Positions 26,845-36,839 of a stretch of DNA of 64,000 nt are shown here, in pieces (the stretch's first letter is position 1; each line of letters starts with the position of its first letter). The stretch is from assembly GCA_005862285.1 (NCBI GenBank), contig SZXW01000002.1, positions 188,849 to 252,848 of the forward strand, given 5' to 3'. The notes under the pieces were generated by a model, which did not search any database, was not told the DNA's origin, and saw nothing but the letters and a program-made list of their open reading frames with translations. This DNA is from Chlorobium sp. GTDB taxonomy: Bacteria; Bacteroidota; Chlorobiia; Chlorobiales; Chlorobiaceae. The position numbers and the translations under genes are program-made.

Positions 26845-28140
26845 TTACTTCCCGGGTTCCTGCCGTTTCGGCTTATAGACAAGGGTTGAAAACGGAGCGT
26901 TCCGTAAAACTTCTCCGGCGGCCCTGGCAATGTCGTCCACGGTTACCGATTCAATGGCAGCGGTTTTTTCGGCCGGCGTGACGTACCTGCCGAAATAGGA
27001 CAGATCGGATGCCGTCTGGGACATCCTTCGGGTCATCTTTTCCATTCCCATGACAAGAGCGCCCAGAAGCTTTCTTTTGGCAGCTTCCACTTCATCGTGA
27101 TCTGGATTATGCAGGGTATCGCTTCGCAGCAGTTCGGCAACAAGCTCAAGCGTCGTATCGATCTTGTTGCCGTCGGTTCCCGCATAGATATTCAGGGCGG
27201 TGAGATCGTCAAAAAAAGTCAGTGAAGAATAGACATTGTAGGCAAGTCCTCTTTTTTCACGAAGCTCGATGTTGAGCAGTGAACTCATGCCGTTGCCAAG
27301 TATGGAATTGAGTACCATGAGACTGTAAAACAACGGATCACAGCGTTCAATTGCTGTTCCGAGAACAATCTGCGCCTGATAGACCTGCTTTTTCAACGAT
27401 GATGTGAACGGTCTGTAATCGCCGGAAAGAAAAGGTTGCCTCACATAAAGGTTGTCAGGCTGTTCCTGCAGATGACCGAGATATTTCGATGCGAGCCGGG
27501 TGATGTCGTCATGTCTGATATTTCCGGTTGCCGTGACAAGCATTTTGTGCGGAACGTAATGTTCCCTCATGAACGTTTTAAGATGGTTATCCGTAAAGTT
27601 CTCGATGCTTTTTTCGGTGCCGAGGATTGGTCTGCCGAGTGGATGGCGCGGAAAGGAACGCAGGTCGAACTCTTCGAAAATCAGCTCTTCAGGAGTGTCA
27701 TTGACGCTGTTTATTTCCTCGATAACCACCTCTTTTTCCTTTTCGATCTCTTCGGGAGGAAAAACAGGATTGCTTACCAGATCGGCGAGCAGATCGAAGG
27801 ATGATTCGACATGCCTGTCGAGGCAGCGCAAGTAGATGCAGGTATGTTCCTTTGTCGTGTATGCATCGAGGTATCCGCCGTTGTTTTCTATGTTTTTTGC
27901 GATCTCGAGGTAGCTTCTCCGGCCGGTACCCTTGAAGAGCGCATGTTCTATAAAATGAGCGAGGCCCGGGTTTCCATCGGGGTCGTCCCTGGAACCCGCT
28001 TCGATCTGGATGCCGAGAGTGATGCTCTGGACATAGGAAACTTCATCGGTGACAATTTTCAGTCCGTTTGGCAGCATATCCTGAACCACGGATTTTTTCG
28101 AAACGGAAAGAGGCTGAGAGCGGGATTTTTCTTTTGCCAT
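26845..28140 (-). CDS. M16 family (pitrilysin/insulinase-like) zinc peptidase
   Basis: 431-aa ORF with the inverted zinc motif HFIEH (HxxEH) followed by ...ENNGGYLDAYT. Confidence 0.85.
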   Translation of the reverse strand: MAKEKSRSQPLSVSKKSVVQDMLPNGLKIVTDEVSYVQSITLGIQIEAGSRDDPDGNPGLAHFIEHALFKGTGRRSYLEIAKNIENNGGYLDAYTTKEHTCIYLRCLDRHVESSFDLLADLVSNPVFPPEEIEKEKEVVIEEINSVNDTPEELIFEEFDLRSFPRHPLGRPILGTEKSIENFTDNHLKTFMREHYVPHKMLVTATGNIRHDDITRLASKYLGHLQEQPDNLYVRQPFLSGDYRPFTSSLKKQVYQAQIVLGTAIERCDPLFYSLMVLNSILGNGMSSLLNIELREKRGLAYNVYSSLTFFDDLTALNIYAGTDGNKIDTTLELVAELLRSDTLHNPDHDEVEAAKRKLLGALVMGMEKMTRRMSQTASDLSYFGRYVTPAEKTAAIESVTVDDIARAAGEVLRNAPFSTLVYKPKRQEPGK

Positions 28141-28328
28141 TGCGGAATAATTTTCTGATGCTTGTTACAGGAATTGAATGCAATGTAGTTTTAATTATTA
28201 TTTTTATAAACAGAGAAGATTGACGTATTTTATATCGTAATTCCGGATGCTTTTTCATCTTTTCCGAACCTGAAAAAACGGTTTCGGTTCTGGTATGTTC
28301 ATGAAGATGCGGATAGATTCATTATGTA

Positions 28329-29318
28329 ATGCAGAAGTTTTCAGTTGCCATAACAGGGGCTACCGGCTATATAGGATCACAGGTTGTGTTCGCTCTGCTT
28401 TCAAGATTTGCCGGCCGTATCAGCTGCAGGGCGATTGTCCGGCAGAGTTCCGATTGTTCGTTTCTTGAAAGACTTCCGGTTGAAATCATACGGGCGGATC
28501 TGCTCAATCCTCTGGCGCTTAATGAAGCTGTCGGCGGCATTGAAACAGTGTTTCATTGCGCCGGTCTGATTTCCTACACGAAAAAGTATCGAAACCATCT
28601 GTACGATACCAATGTGCTTGGAACCAGAAATGTCGTGAATGCATGTCTTGCCGGCAAGGTGAAGAAACTTGTCATGACCAGTTCCATCGCGGCACTCGGG
28701 GTAACCGATGACGGTTCCCCATCCAGCGAGACGACATCGTTCAAGGATTGGCAGAGAAGAAACGGGTATATGGAAGCGAAGCACCTTGCGGAACTCGAGG
28801 GTCTGAGGGGTGTGGCGGAAGGGCTTGAGGTCGTGCTGCTCAATCCGGGTGTGGTGATCGGTATCGATCGCAGCAATCCGGCATCTGTCAGTTCATCCAA
28901 CGATGTCGTGCGTCTGATCTATGAAGGCAAACTCCCGTTCTGTCCTTCCGGCGCCACCGGTTTTGTCGATGTCCGTGATGTTGCCGAGGCGCATATCGAG
29001 GGCTGGGAAAAAGGTGTTTCCGGTGAACGCTATGTGATTGTCGGCCGGAATCTTTCCTTCAGGGAATTTTTCGAGAGTATCAGGGGCCTTGCCGGCAGCA
29101 GAACCGGCACTGTTATCCCTATTCCGAAAGTTGCCGGCCTGCTTGCCGGCATTGGAGGGGAATTATGGTCTCTGCTTCTGAACGCTCCTTCATTCATCAG
29201 TCTTGAAAGCCTTCGCCTCTCTTCAAAACCGGTCAGCTATGTCAACAACCGATCGCTCAGTGAGCTTGGTCTGCAGTACAGGGAGTTCTCCGAAACGCTA
29301 AAGACAATAATAGCCTGA
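28329..29318 (+). CDS. NAD-dependent epimerase/dehydratase family (extended SDR; dihydroflavonol reductase/HpnA-like)
   Basis: 329-aa ORF with [12 protein letters not shown] and YMEAK (YxxxK). Confidence 0.8.
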   Translation: MQKFSVAITGATGYIGSQVVFALLSRFAGRISCRAIVRQSSDCSFLERLPVEIIRADLLNPLALNEAVGGIETVFHCAGLISYTKKYRNHLYDTNVLGTRNVVNACLAGKVKKLVMTSSIAALGVTDDGSPSSETTSFKDWQRRNGYMEAKHLAELEGLRGVAEGLEVVLLNPGVVIGIDRSNPASVSSSNDVVRLIYEGKLPFCPSGATGFVDVRDVAEAHIEGWEKGVSGERYVIVGRNLSFREFFESIRGLAGSRTGTVIPIPKVAGLLAGIGGELWSLLLNAPSFISLESLRLSSKPVSYVNNRSLSELGLQYREFSETLKTIIA

Positions 29319-29361
29319 AGGATCTTATGTTATTTCTTTAAAATTTTATCATGATTGTTCC

Positions 29362-30405
29362 ATGGATACAGTGAAAACCGAACAGAAAGCGCCTGGAATC
29401 GACCCGGCAAAGCTCAAGCAACTTAACATGGCGGTGGAAACGCTTGAAAAGCAGTTCGGGAAAGGGGCGATCATGCGTCTGGGTGACAATTCGGCGGTTA
29501 TGCAGGTGCATTCGATTTCAACCGGATCGATGACCCTTGATTTTGCTCTTGGTGTCGGTGGACTGCCAAGAGGCAGGGTTACCGAAATATACGGTCCTGA
29601 ATCTTCCGGCAAGACAACCCTTGCGCTCCATGTGATTGCAGAGGCGCAGAAAGAGGGCGGTATCGCGGCCATCGTCGATGCCGAGCATGCGTTCGATCCA
29701 TCCTATGCCCGCAAACTCGGCGTCGATATCAACTCGCTTCTCATCAGCCAGCCCGAATCCGGTGAACAGGCACTTTCCATTGTTGAGACCCTCGTCAGGA
29801 GCGGTGCGGTCGATGTTGTGGTTGTCGATTCCGTTGCCGCACTGGTGCCTCAGGCCGAACTCGAGGGTGAAATGGGCGACAGTGTCGTGGGACTTCAGGC
29901 CCGTCTCATGAGCCAGGCGCTGCGGAAGCTCACCGGTGCAATATCGAAATCGAGCTGTGTCTGCATTTTCATCAACCAGCTTCGCGACAAGATCGGGGTT
30001 ATTTACGGCAGCCCCGAGACCACGACCGGGGGCAAGGCATTGAAGTTCTACGCATCGATACGTCTCGATATCCGCAAGATCAGCCAGATCAAGGAAGGAG
30101 AGGAGAATACCGGGAATCGCACGCGGGTCAAGGTAGTGAAAAACAAGGTAGCCCCTCCCTTCAAGGTTGCCGAGTTCGATATTCTTTACGGAGAGGGTAT
30201 TTCCGCTATCGGGGAACTGATCGACCTTGCAGTTGAGTTCGGTGTCGTGAAAAAAGCCGGTTCATGGTTCAGTTACGGACAGGACAAGCTTGGACAGGGC
30301 AGGGAAGCCGTAAAGAAAGCCCTGCGTGAAGACCAAACACTTTACCAGAAGATCCATGGCCAGGTCAGGGATCTTATGACCGGAAATCCTGAGCCCGTCA
30401 AATAG
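29362..30405 (+). CDS. recA: Recombinase A
   Basis: 347-aa ORF with [23 protein letters not shown] and the canonical RecA core throughout. Confidence 0.97.
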   Translation: MDTVKTEQKAPGIDPAKLKQLNMAVETLEKQFGKGAIMRLGDNSAVMQVHSISTGSMTLDFALGVGGLPRGRVTEIYGPESSGKTTLALHVIAEAQKEGGIAAIVDAEHAFDPSYARKLGVDINSLLISQPESGEQALSIVETLVRSGAVDVVVVDSVAALVPQAELEGEMGDSVVGLQARLMSQALRKLTGAISKSSCVCIFINQLRDKIGVIYGSPETTTGGKALKFYASIRLDIRKISQIKEGEENTGNRTRVKVVKNKVAPPFKVAEFDILYGEGISAIGELIDLAVEFGVVKKAGSWFSYGQDKLGQGREAVKKALREDQTLYQKIHGQVRDLMTGNPEPVK

Positions 30406-30411
30406 AGCATC

Positions 30412-31455
30412 ATGAAGATCGGGAGCATCGACATAGATCGTCCGGTCATTCTCGCACCGATGGAGGATGTGACCGACCGGGCTTTCAGGCAGCTCTGCAA
30501 GCGGCATGGGGCCGATATCGTCTATACCGAGTTCATCAGCGCCGAAGCTCTTCGCCGGGGCGCCGAGAAATCGGTGCGCAAACTCAGGGCGGATGAGATG
30601 GAGCGCCCGATTGCCGTTCAGATTTTCGGGAGCACCGTAGAGTCGATGGTCGAGGCAGCCGCGATCGCCGAGGAGTTTTCCCCGGACTATCTCGATATCA
30701 ATTTCGGATGTCCTACAAAAAAAGTCGCAGGAAAAGGCGCGGGCGCGGCCCTGCTCAGGGAGCCTGACAAAATGGCAGATATCGCTTCGGCGGTTGTCAG
30801 GGCGGTCGGCATTCCTGTTACGGCCAAGACAAGGATCGGCTGGGACCACGAATCCATCAACATTCTCGATGTGGTGACCCGACTCGAAGATGCCGGTATC
30901 CAGGCAATCGCGATCCATGGAAGGACCAGGAGCGATATGTACAAAGGCAAAGCTGACTGGAACTGGATCCGCAGGGCAAAAGAACATGCCCGTATTCCCG
31001 TGATCGCGAACGGTGATATCTGGACAGCCGCGGATGCGCTTGCCCTGTTCGAAACGACCGGGGCTGACGGGGTGATGATCGGCCGCGGTTCGATAGGAAA
31101 CCCGTTCATTTTTACGGCTGCCAGGCAACTTATGACGACAGGGCACCCCGGACCGTTGCCGGATTTCCGTCAAAGGATCCAGGCTGCGGTCGATCATCTG
31201 GAGCTTTCGGTGCAATTCAAGGGAGAAAAATACGGAACCATCGAGATGCGCCGTCATTATTCAACCTACCTGAAGGGGCTCCCGAAGGTTTCAGTGGTTC
31301 GCAACAAGCTGGTGCGCGAGGATAAATGGGAGCAGGTCATCGACATCCTGCTTTCCTACCGGCAGGAGTGTGAGGGATATGCCGCAGAAGGCAGGATCCA
31401 TTGTGATACGGAATATCTCAACGATCATTCCGATAAACTTGTTTTGAACTATTAA
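30412..31455 (+). CDS. dus: tRNA-dihydrouridine synthase
   Basis: 347-aa ORF with LAPMEDVTDRAFR, DINFGCP and the AIHGRTR..Y.G.ADW pattern of the Dus family. Confidence 0.9.
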   Translation: MKIGSIDIDRPVILAPMEDVTDRAFRQLCKRHGADIVYTEFISAEALRRGAEKSVRKLRADEMERPIAVQIFGSTVESMVEAAAIAEEFSPDYLDINFGCPTKKVAGKGAGAALLREPDKMADIASAVVRAVGIPVTAKTRIGWDHESINILDVVTRLEDAGIQAIAIHGRTRSDMYKGKADWNWIRRAKEHARIPVIANGDIWTAADALALFETTGADGVMIGRGSIGNPFIFTAARQLMTTGHPGPLPDFRQRIQAAVDHLELSVQFKGEKYGTIEMRRHYSTYLKGLPKVSVVRNKLVREDKWEQVIDILLSYRQECEGYAAEGRIHCDTEYLNDHSDKLVLNY

Positions 31456-31476
31456 GTATAAATTAAAAAAGATGAT

Positions 31477-32502
31477 ATGAGTAGTTTGGATTCACAATGC
31501 AGGGTCGCGGTACTTGGGGCAACCGGCCTTGTGGGCCGCACCATGATCCAGGTGCTGGAAGAGAGGAATTTCCCCGTCACCGAACTGGTTCCGATCGCTT
31601 CCGCAAGAAGTGCCGGTCAGGCTGTGCCGTTCCGAGGGAAGGATTTCATCGTGAGGGAGCCGTCTGCGGAGGCTTTCCGCGGGGTCGATATCGCGCTCTT
31701 TTCGGCAGGCGCGACAGCAAGCCGCGAGTGGGCTCCAATAGCTGCGGCAGAGGGAGCTATTGTCATCGACAATTCATCGGCATTCCGCATGGTGCCGGAT
31801 ATTCCGCTTGTTGTTCCCGAGGTAAATCCCGATAAGATTTTCAAAAAGGATGGAACTCCTGAAAAAATCATAGCAAATCCGAACTGCTCGACCATCCAGA
31901 TGGTTGTCGTGCTCAAGCCGCTTCATGAACACTACGGTCTGAAGCGAGTTGTTGTTTCCACCTACCAATCGGTTACCGGAAAAGGGAAGGCCGGGCGTGA
32001 TGCGCTCGAGAGCGAACTTGCCGGGGAACAGCAGGAGCAGTTTACCCACTTCCATCAGATTGCCTTCAACGCCGTACCGCAGATCGATGCGTTCACCGAC
32101 AACGGTTATACCAAGGAAGAGATGAAGATGGTTAACGAGACAAGGAAGATCATGGGAGACGATTCGATAAGCGTTTCACCGACGACGGTTCGTATCCCGG
32201 TCTACGGAGGCCATGGCGAGTCACTGAACATCGAGCTTGGAAAGGAGTTCGACATCGACGAGGTGCGCAGGCTTCTCGCCGCTTCTCCCGGTATCATCAT
32301 GCAGGACGATCCTTCGGCCCGCATCTACCCGATGCCGTTGACCTCCTATGAACGCGACGAGGTGTTTGTCGGCAGGCTCCGCCGTGATTACTGGCATCCG
32401 CAGACCCTGAACATGTGGGTCGTCGCCGACAACCTGAGAAAGGGTGCGGCTACCAACGCCGTTCAGATCGCCGAGGTAATCATTTCGAAACTGCAGCGGT
32501 AG
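31477..32502 (+). CDS. asd: Aspartate-semialdehyde dehydrogenase
   Basis: 341-aa ORF with VAVLGATGLVG and the active-site NPNCSTI. Confidence 0.92.
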   Translation: MSSLDSQCRVAVLGATGLVGRTMIQVLEERNFPVTELVPIASARSAGQAVPFRGKDFIVREPSAEAFRGVDIALFSAGATASREWAPIAAAEGAIVIDNSSAFRMVPDIPLVVPEVNPDKIFKKDGTPEKIIANPNCSTIQMVVVLKPLHEHYGLKRVVVSTYQSVTGKGKAGRDALESELAGEQQEQFTHFHQIAFNAVPQIDAFTDNGYTKEEMKMVNETRKIMGDDSISVSPTTVRIPVYGGHGESLNIELGKEFDIDEVRRLLAASPGIIMQDDPSARIYPMPLTSYERDEVFVGRLRRDYWHPQTLNMWVVADNLRKGAATNAVQIAEVIISKLQR

Positions 32503-32503
32503 T

Positions 32504-33361
32504 TCATTTTCTGAAAGCCATCAGCGCCGTGCTGATGGCTTTTACCGCGGCAGGAGAGGAGACTGAGAATTTTTCGAGGTTGCTTATCGGTATCGATGAC
32601 GGGATCCCGAGCGGTTTTGTCTTCAGCGATGTTTCTTTTCCGATAAGTGTTATAATGGATTTGTCAGCCCTGGATCCGGTTATCTGAACACCGGTTTCCC
32701 TGAGGAGGGGATTTCCGGAAAGTTCTTTTATGGTAAAAAATACGGCTTCTTCGCGGCTTTTTACCTGACGGCAGATAAATTTTTCCAGCCTGCCATGCTT
32801 CGATATCGAGAGCAGGAAATAATTGTTTTCCAGTTCAAGTGTCGCCAGCGGCTTATTTTCATACAAGGAAAGCTGAAGGAGCGACAGGTGGGGTGAGCAG
32901 CTGAATCGAACCGGGTATTGAGCTGAAAACATATCTGAAACAGTTCTGCATGGTTCTGCGGGATAGAAAAGAAGGAGTTTTTTTTCATGCAGGCTTTCCG
33001 TCATTTCGCCATAACCGGTAACATCACAGCTGTAATCGTCTGGCTTGTTCAGAAAATACTCCGCTTCCATCCGGCATAGCTCCTGATACTGCGCGGGATC
33101 GGCACCTGCCGGAAAATAGGCGGGAAGAGGCAGATATGTTTCAGGAGCGATACACAGCACCATTTCTTCACTTTTTATTTTTCCAACCTGTCGGGCAACT
33201 TTTTTCAGCAGACGTTTTCCTTTGTCTGAAACCAGTTCACCGATACCGAAAGGAAATGTTTTGCAAGCTGTAAGCCTGCAGGCAGTCCCCCCGGATGATT
33301 CAAGCCCGATCACAGCGCATTCGCTGGTATCGACGGTACAGACTGTCTGGCTTATGCCCAT
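32504..33361 (-). CDS. Hypothetical protein (possibly PilM-like), translationally coupled to comEA
   Basis: 285-aa ORF. Its ATG overlaps the comEA stop (TAATG at 33359-33363). I found no firm family motif; the PilM-like impression is weak. Confidence 0.55.
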   Translation of the reverse strand: MGISQTVCTVDTSECAVIGLESSGGTACRLTACKTFPFGIGELVSDKGKRLLKKVARQVGKIKSEEMVLCIAPETYLPLPAYFPAGADPAQYQELCRMEAEYFLNKPDDYSCDVTGYGEMTESLHEKKLLLFYPAEPCRTVSDMFSAQYPVRFSCSPHLSLLQLSLYENKPLATLELENNYFLLSISKHGRLEKFICRQVKSREEAVFFTIKELSGNPLLRETGVQITGSRADKSIITLIGKETSLKTKPLGIPSSIPISNLEKFSVSSPAAVKAISTALMAFRK

Positions 33362-33873
33362 TATTCAAGAGTGAAATGTTTTTTTAAAAGCTCGAGCTTT
33401 TTTTTGCCTATACCTTTTACTTCCAGAAAGTCCTGAAACTGTTCTACCCTGCCCCCTTTTTCCTTCCGGAAAGCGATAAGCCTGCCGGCCATGACCGGAC
33501 CTATGCCCGGAATTTTCTCCAACTGGCTTTTGCCGGCCTTGTTGAACGCTATCGTTCCGGTAAACACTTTTTCCGATGCATGAGCTTCCCGCTGTCTGGC
33601 AGCAGGCCGGCCGTTTTCTTCCGCAGCTGCATCCTGGAGAACCTCTTCTTTTACATGCTGCTGATCTGCTGCAGCCAGTTTTATAAGACTGTCGACTTCC
33701 GCTTCACGAAAACGGGATTGCTCGGCTTTTCTGACAAGCACCGCTTCCTTTTCGATCGAACGGATATTTTTCAGGATCCCCCCGAGCACGAGAAAACTGA
33801 TGAGTATTGTCACAAGCGTTATTTCCGCTTTGGTAAGGCTCAGTGCCCGGGCTGTTTTTTCAAGAGCGCTCAT
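33361..33873 (-). CDS. comEA: ComEA-like helix-hairpin-helix DNA-binding protein with an N-terminal membrane anchor
   Basis: The C-terminus has tandem HhH motifs (LEKIPGIGPVMAGRLIAFRKE...FLEVKGIGKKKLELLKKHF) and the N-terminal TM is ITLVTILISFLVLGGIL. The ATG at 33873 is preferred over the TTG at 33900, which would overlap alr. Confidence 0.72.
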   Translation of the reverse strand: MSALEKTARALSLTKAEITLVTILISFLVLGGILKNIRSIEKEAVLVRKAEQSRFREAEVDSLIKLAAADQQHVKEEVLQDAAAEENGRPAARQREAHASEKVFTGTIAFNKAGKSQLEKIPGIGPVMAGRLIAFRKEKGGRVEQFQDFLEVKGIGKKKLELLKKHFTLE

Positions 33874-33892
33874 ATCGTGTGACGGTATCAGT

Positions 33893-35026
33893 TTACACAA
33901 AAATACGTTTTACTCTCGAAGAAACCGAACAGAGCGTTTCATAACTGATCGTCCCGGAAATAGAGGCGATATCCTCCGCAGTCGGAGTATCCCAACCGAA
34001 GAGAACGGCTTTGTCTCCTTTTTTGATGTCCTTATCCGTACCGAGGTTTACCATGATCTGGTCCATCGTGACGGTGCCGATCTGTTTGTACGGCTTGCCC
34101 TTTATCAGTACCGAAGAGCGGTTTGAAAGAGCCCTTGGATAACCGTCTGCATAACCGGCAGCTATGGTTGCAACACGGCATGGTTCCTTGGCTGTCCAGG
34201 TGCGGTTGTAACTGATTGTGGTGCCGGCCTGGACCTCCTTGATGAAGATTACCCTGGATTCGACCTGCATGACCGGTTTGACGTCAAGACGCAATGATGT
34301 GTTTTTTGCGGGATGATAGCCGTACAGGAGAATGCCGGGCCTTACCATATCGAGCCAGGATTCCTGTGCTGAAATGATGGCTCCGCTGTTTGCACAATGC
34401 TTGCAGACGGTTTTCAATGCAGCATGTTCATATTCTGAGGTGAGGTCTTTGAAAGCTGCGAGCTGTTTGCCGGTAAAATCACCGGGTGAGGAGCTTTCTG
34501 CAAAATGGGTATAGATCCCTTTAAGTTCAAGGAGAGGTGATGCATCGATTTTCCGCAGCAGTTCCATTGCCATGGAAGGGTGGACTCCCAGTCTTCCCAT
34601 GCCGGTATCCACTTTAAGCTGCACGCAGAGTTTCATGTTCTGTGCGCTGGCGATTTCTTCAGCAGCCTGCAGAGTATCACCGTCACAGACGGTCATTTCT
34701 ATGTCGTGCTTCAGATACAGGCCGATGTGCGAAGCGAGAGGAGAAGAGAAAGCAAGAATCGATGCTGTTTTTTTGAGAGAACCGGTTCTGATTTCAATCG
34801 CTTCGTGGATATTTGCCACGCCGAAATCGGCTACTCCCAGCGATTCAAGAGCAGAGGCAACTGTGAGGGCGTTGTGACCGTAAGCATTAGCCTTTACGAT
34901 ACCCATCATGCGGGCTTTTCCTCTGATTCTTTCCATGATCAGTCGTGCATTCCATAAAAGGTTTTCACGTGATACAAGGGCTTCCGTCATGTTTTCTGCC
35001 TGAAAACCCGTTTCAATAATGGTCAT
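33893..35026 (-). CDS. alr: Alanine racemase
   Basis: 377-aa ORF with the PLP-lysine motif VKANAYGHN and a typical C-terminal beta domain. Confidence 0.9.
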   Translation of the reverse strand: MTIIETGFQAENMTEALVSRENLLWNARLIMERIRGKARMMGIVKANAYGHNALTVASALESLGVADFGVANIHEAIEIRTGSLKKTASILAFSSPLASHIGLYLKHDIEMTVCDGDTLQAAEEIASAQNMKLCVQLKVDTGMGRLGVHPSMAMELLRKIDASPLLELKGIYTHFAESSSPGDFTGKQLAAFKDLTSEYEHAALKTVCKHCANSGAIISAQESWLDMVRPGILLYGYHPAKNTSLRLDVKPVMQVESRVIFIKEVQAGTTISYNRTWTAKEPCRVATIAAGYADGYPRALSNRSSVLIKGKPYKQIGTVTMDQIMVNLGTDKDIKKGDKAVLFGWDTPTAEDIASISGTISYETLCSVSSRVKRIFV

Positions 35027-35257
35027 GGCGCGTCAGCCTTTATAATTATTACTGAGATCTTTTCATTATCTCCGGAAACTGGCTGTAAAGAAGCGTATTC
35101 CGGAACAATTTGTTTAAAAAACATATTTTTTTATGATTTTCAAGACAAGAAGCAGCATCTCCCTTCGGTATCTTTCATTGATCAATTAATGTATATTTTC
35201 CATGGAGTGCAATCAGGTTTTTGTTATTTCCTTTAATCCATTTTTCTCTCTACCATC

Positions 35258-36631
35258 ATGCCGAACAACGATATATTCGGGCTGACAGCGGAATCGCCGC
35301 TTGTCAACGTCAAGCGGATGGCTCGCAGCATCCCGCCCAGGGTCATGGCGAAACTCGAATACATGAACCCGGCCTGTTCGCCTTACTACCGGGTTGCCTC
35401 CGCACTGATCGCCGATGCCGAAGAGAGGAACCTTATTCACCCTGGCATGACGCTTGTCGACTGGACCTACGGCAACAGCGGCATCGCACTAGCCATGGCG
35501 GGAGTAAGCCGGGGGTACAAGCTGCTTCTGACCGCTCCGGAGAAAATTTCGAAGGAAAAACAGGACCTGCTGCGGGCAATCGGTGCCGAACTGGTGATTA
35601 CGCCTTCCGATGCATTGCCCGGGGAGCCCAGGAGCTGCATGAACGTTGCCGAAAGCCTCGTCTCGAATATTTCCAGCGCTTTTTATGCCGGCATGTATGA
35701 AAACCCTGTAAGTCTCAGGGTACACAGCGATGTGACCGGGAACGAGATCTTTCATCAGACGGAGGGCAAGGTCACGCATGTTTTTATTCCACTGGTGTCG
35801 GGAGCAATGATCTCGGGGATCGGGCGCTGCCTGAAAGCCAGAAACCCCGCTATCCGTATCATCGGTGTTGAATCGCAGGGCTCGGTTTATTCCGGCCTTT
35901 TCAGGGATGGCAAACCGGGCCGCTATTCCTTTTCCGAAATCGAGGAGATCAGCGCGCTGCAGGTCTCGAATTTGTGGGACCCTTCGGTAATCGATGATGT
36001 CATGCAGGTAAGCGATTACGATGCTTTCAACTGCGGCAGGGAACTGCTCCGTATGGAAGCGGTTTTTGCCGGCGGGTCTTCAGGTGCAGTCATGGCTGCA
36101 GCTCTTCAGGCCGGAGGAAGCTACAACGAGGATGACTGTGTCGTCGTCCTGCTCAATGATTTCGGCGGTTATTATCTCAGCAAGATGTATTCCGACGACT
36201 GGATGCGCAAACGCGGCTATTATCGTAAAATGAAAACCGCAGTCGAACAGATTACCGCTGAAGACATCCTCCAGCTGAAGGCCCGCCGTGACCTGATTTT
36301 TGCCGGTCCGGAACATACACTTGCCGAGGTCTTCGAAATGATGAAGCAGAATGACGTTTCACAGCTGCCGATCGTATCCTATAACGCTCCAATAGGCAGT
36401 ATCAGCGAAAACAAGATTCTGTCTATACTTATCGAAAACGATGAAGCGATGAATTCAAAGGTGGTCGGGTTCATGGAACAGCCGTTTCCGGTCTGCATGC
36501 CTGATGCAACCATATCCGAATTGTCAGGCAAACTGCAGCAGAATGCGTCCGGTGTGCTGATCAGCCTGTCCGATGGACGATTGCAGCTGATTACAAAATC
36601 TGACCTGATCGATGCACTGACTCATAAATGA
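35258..36631 (+). CDS. Cysteine synthase/cystathionine beta-synthase-fold protein fused to a tandem CBS pair; the catalytic PLP lysine is absent
   Basis: 457-aa ORF. KLEYMNPACSPYYRV aligns to the canonical KxExxNPxxSxKxR, with Y replacing the Schiff-base K. TYGNSG aligns to TSGNTG, and the GTGGT phosphate loop is replaced by LVSGAMISG. The C-terminal ~130 aa have two CBS-like repeats. Confidence 0.8.
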   Translation: MPNNDIFGLTAESPLVNVKRMARSIPPRVMAKLEYMNPACSPYYRVASALIADAEERNLIHPGMTLVDWTYGNSGIALAMAGVSRGYKLLLTAPEKISKEKQDLLRAIGAELVITPSDALPGEPRSCMNVAESLVSNISSAFYAGMYENPVSLRVHSDVTGNEIFHQTEGKVTHVFIPLVSGAMISGIGRCLKARNPAIRIIGVESQGSVYSGLFRDGKPGRYSFSEIEEISALQVSNLWDPSVIDDVMQVSDYDAFNCGRELLRMEAVFAGGSSGAVMAAALQAGGSYNEDDCVVVLLNDFGGYYLSKMYSDDWMRKRGYYRKMKTAVEQITAEDILQLKARRDLIFAGPEHTLAEVFEMMKQNDVSQLPIVSYNAPIGSISENKILSILIENDEAMNSKVVGFMEQPFPVCMPDATISELSGKLQQNASGVLISLSDGRLQLITKSDLIDALTHK

Positions 36632-36839
36632 AAAGAGTGAAAATTATCCGGTTGTTTTTTTTGCGGGATTTACGTAATTAGGCACTCCTGCATATTCCTC
36701 TTTTTTTTGAGGAATTCTGCACTATATTGCGCAATGCAGAAAACATGCAGGGAGTTGTCCGGCATTGGACAATTACGAAAGATGATAATACATCGAAAAG
36801 CCAGGCTGCATTTCAGCGGTTAAAAACCAGCGGTAGAAT

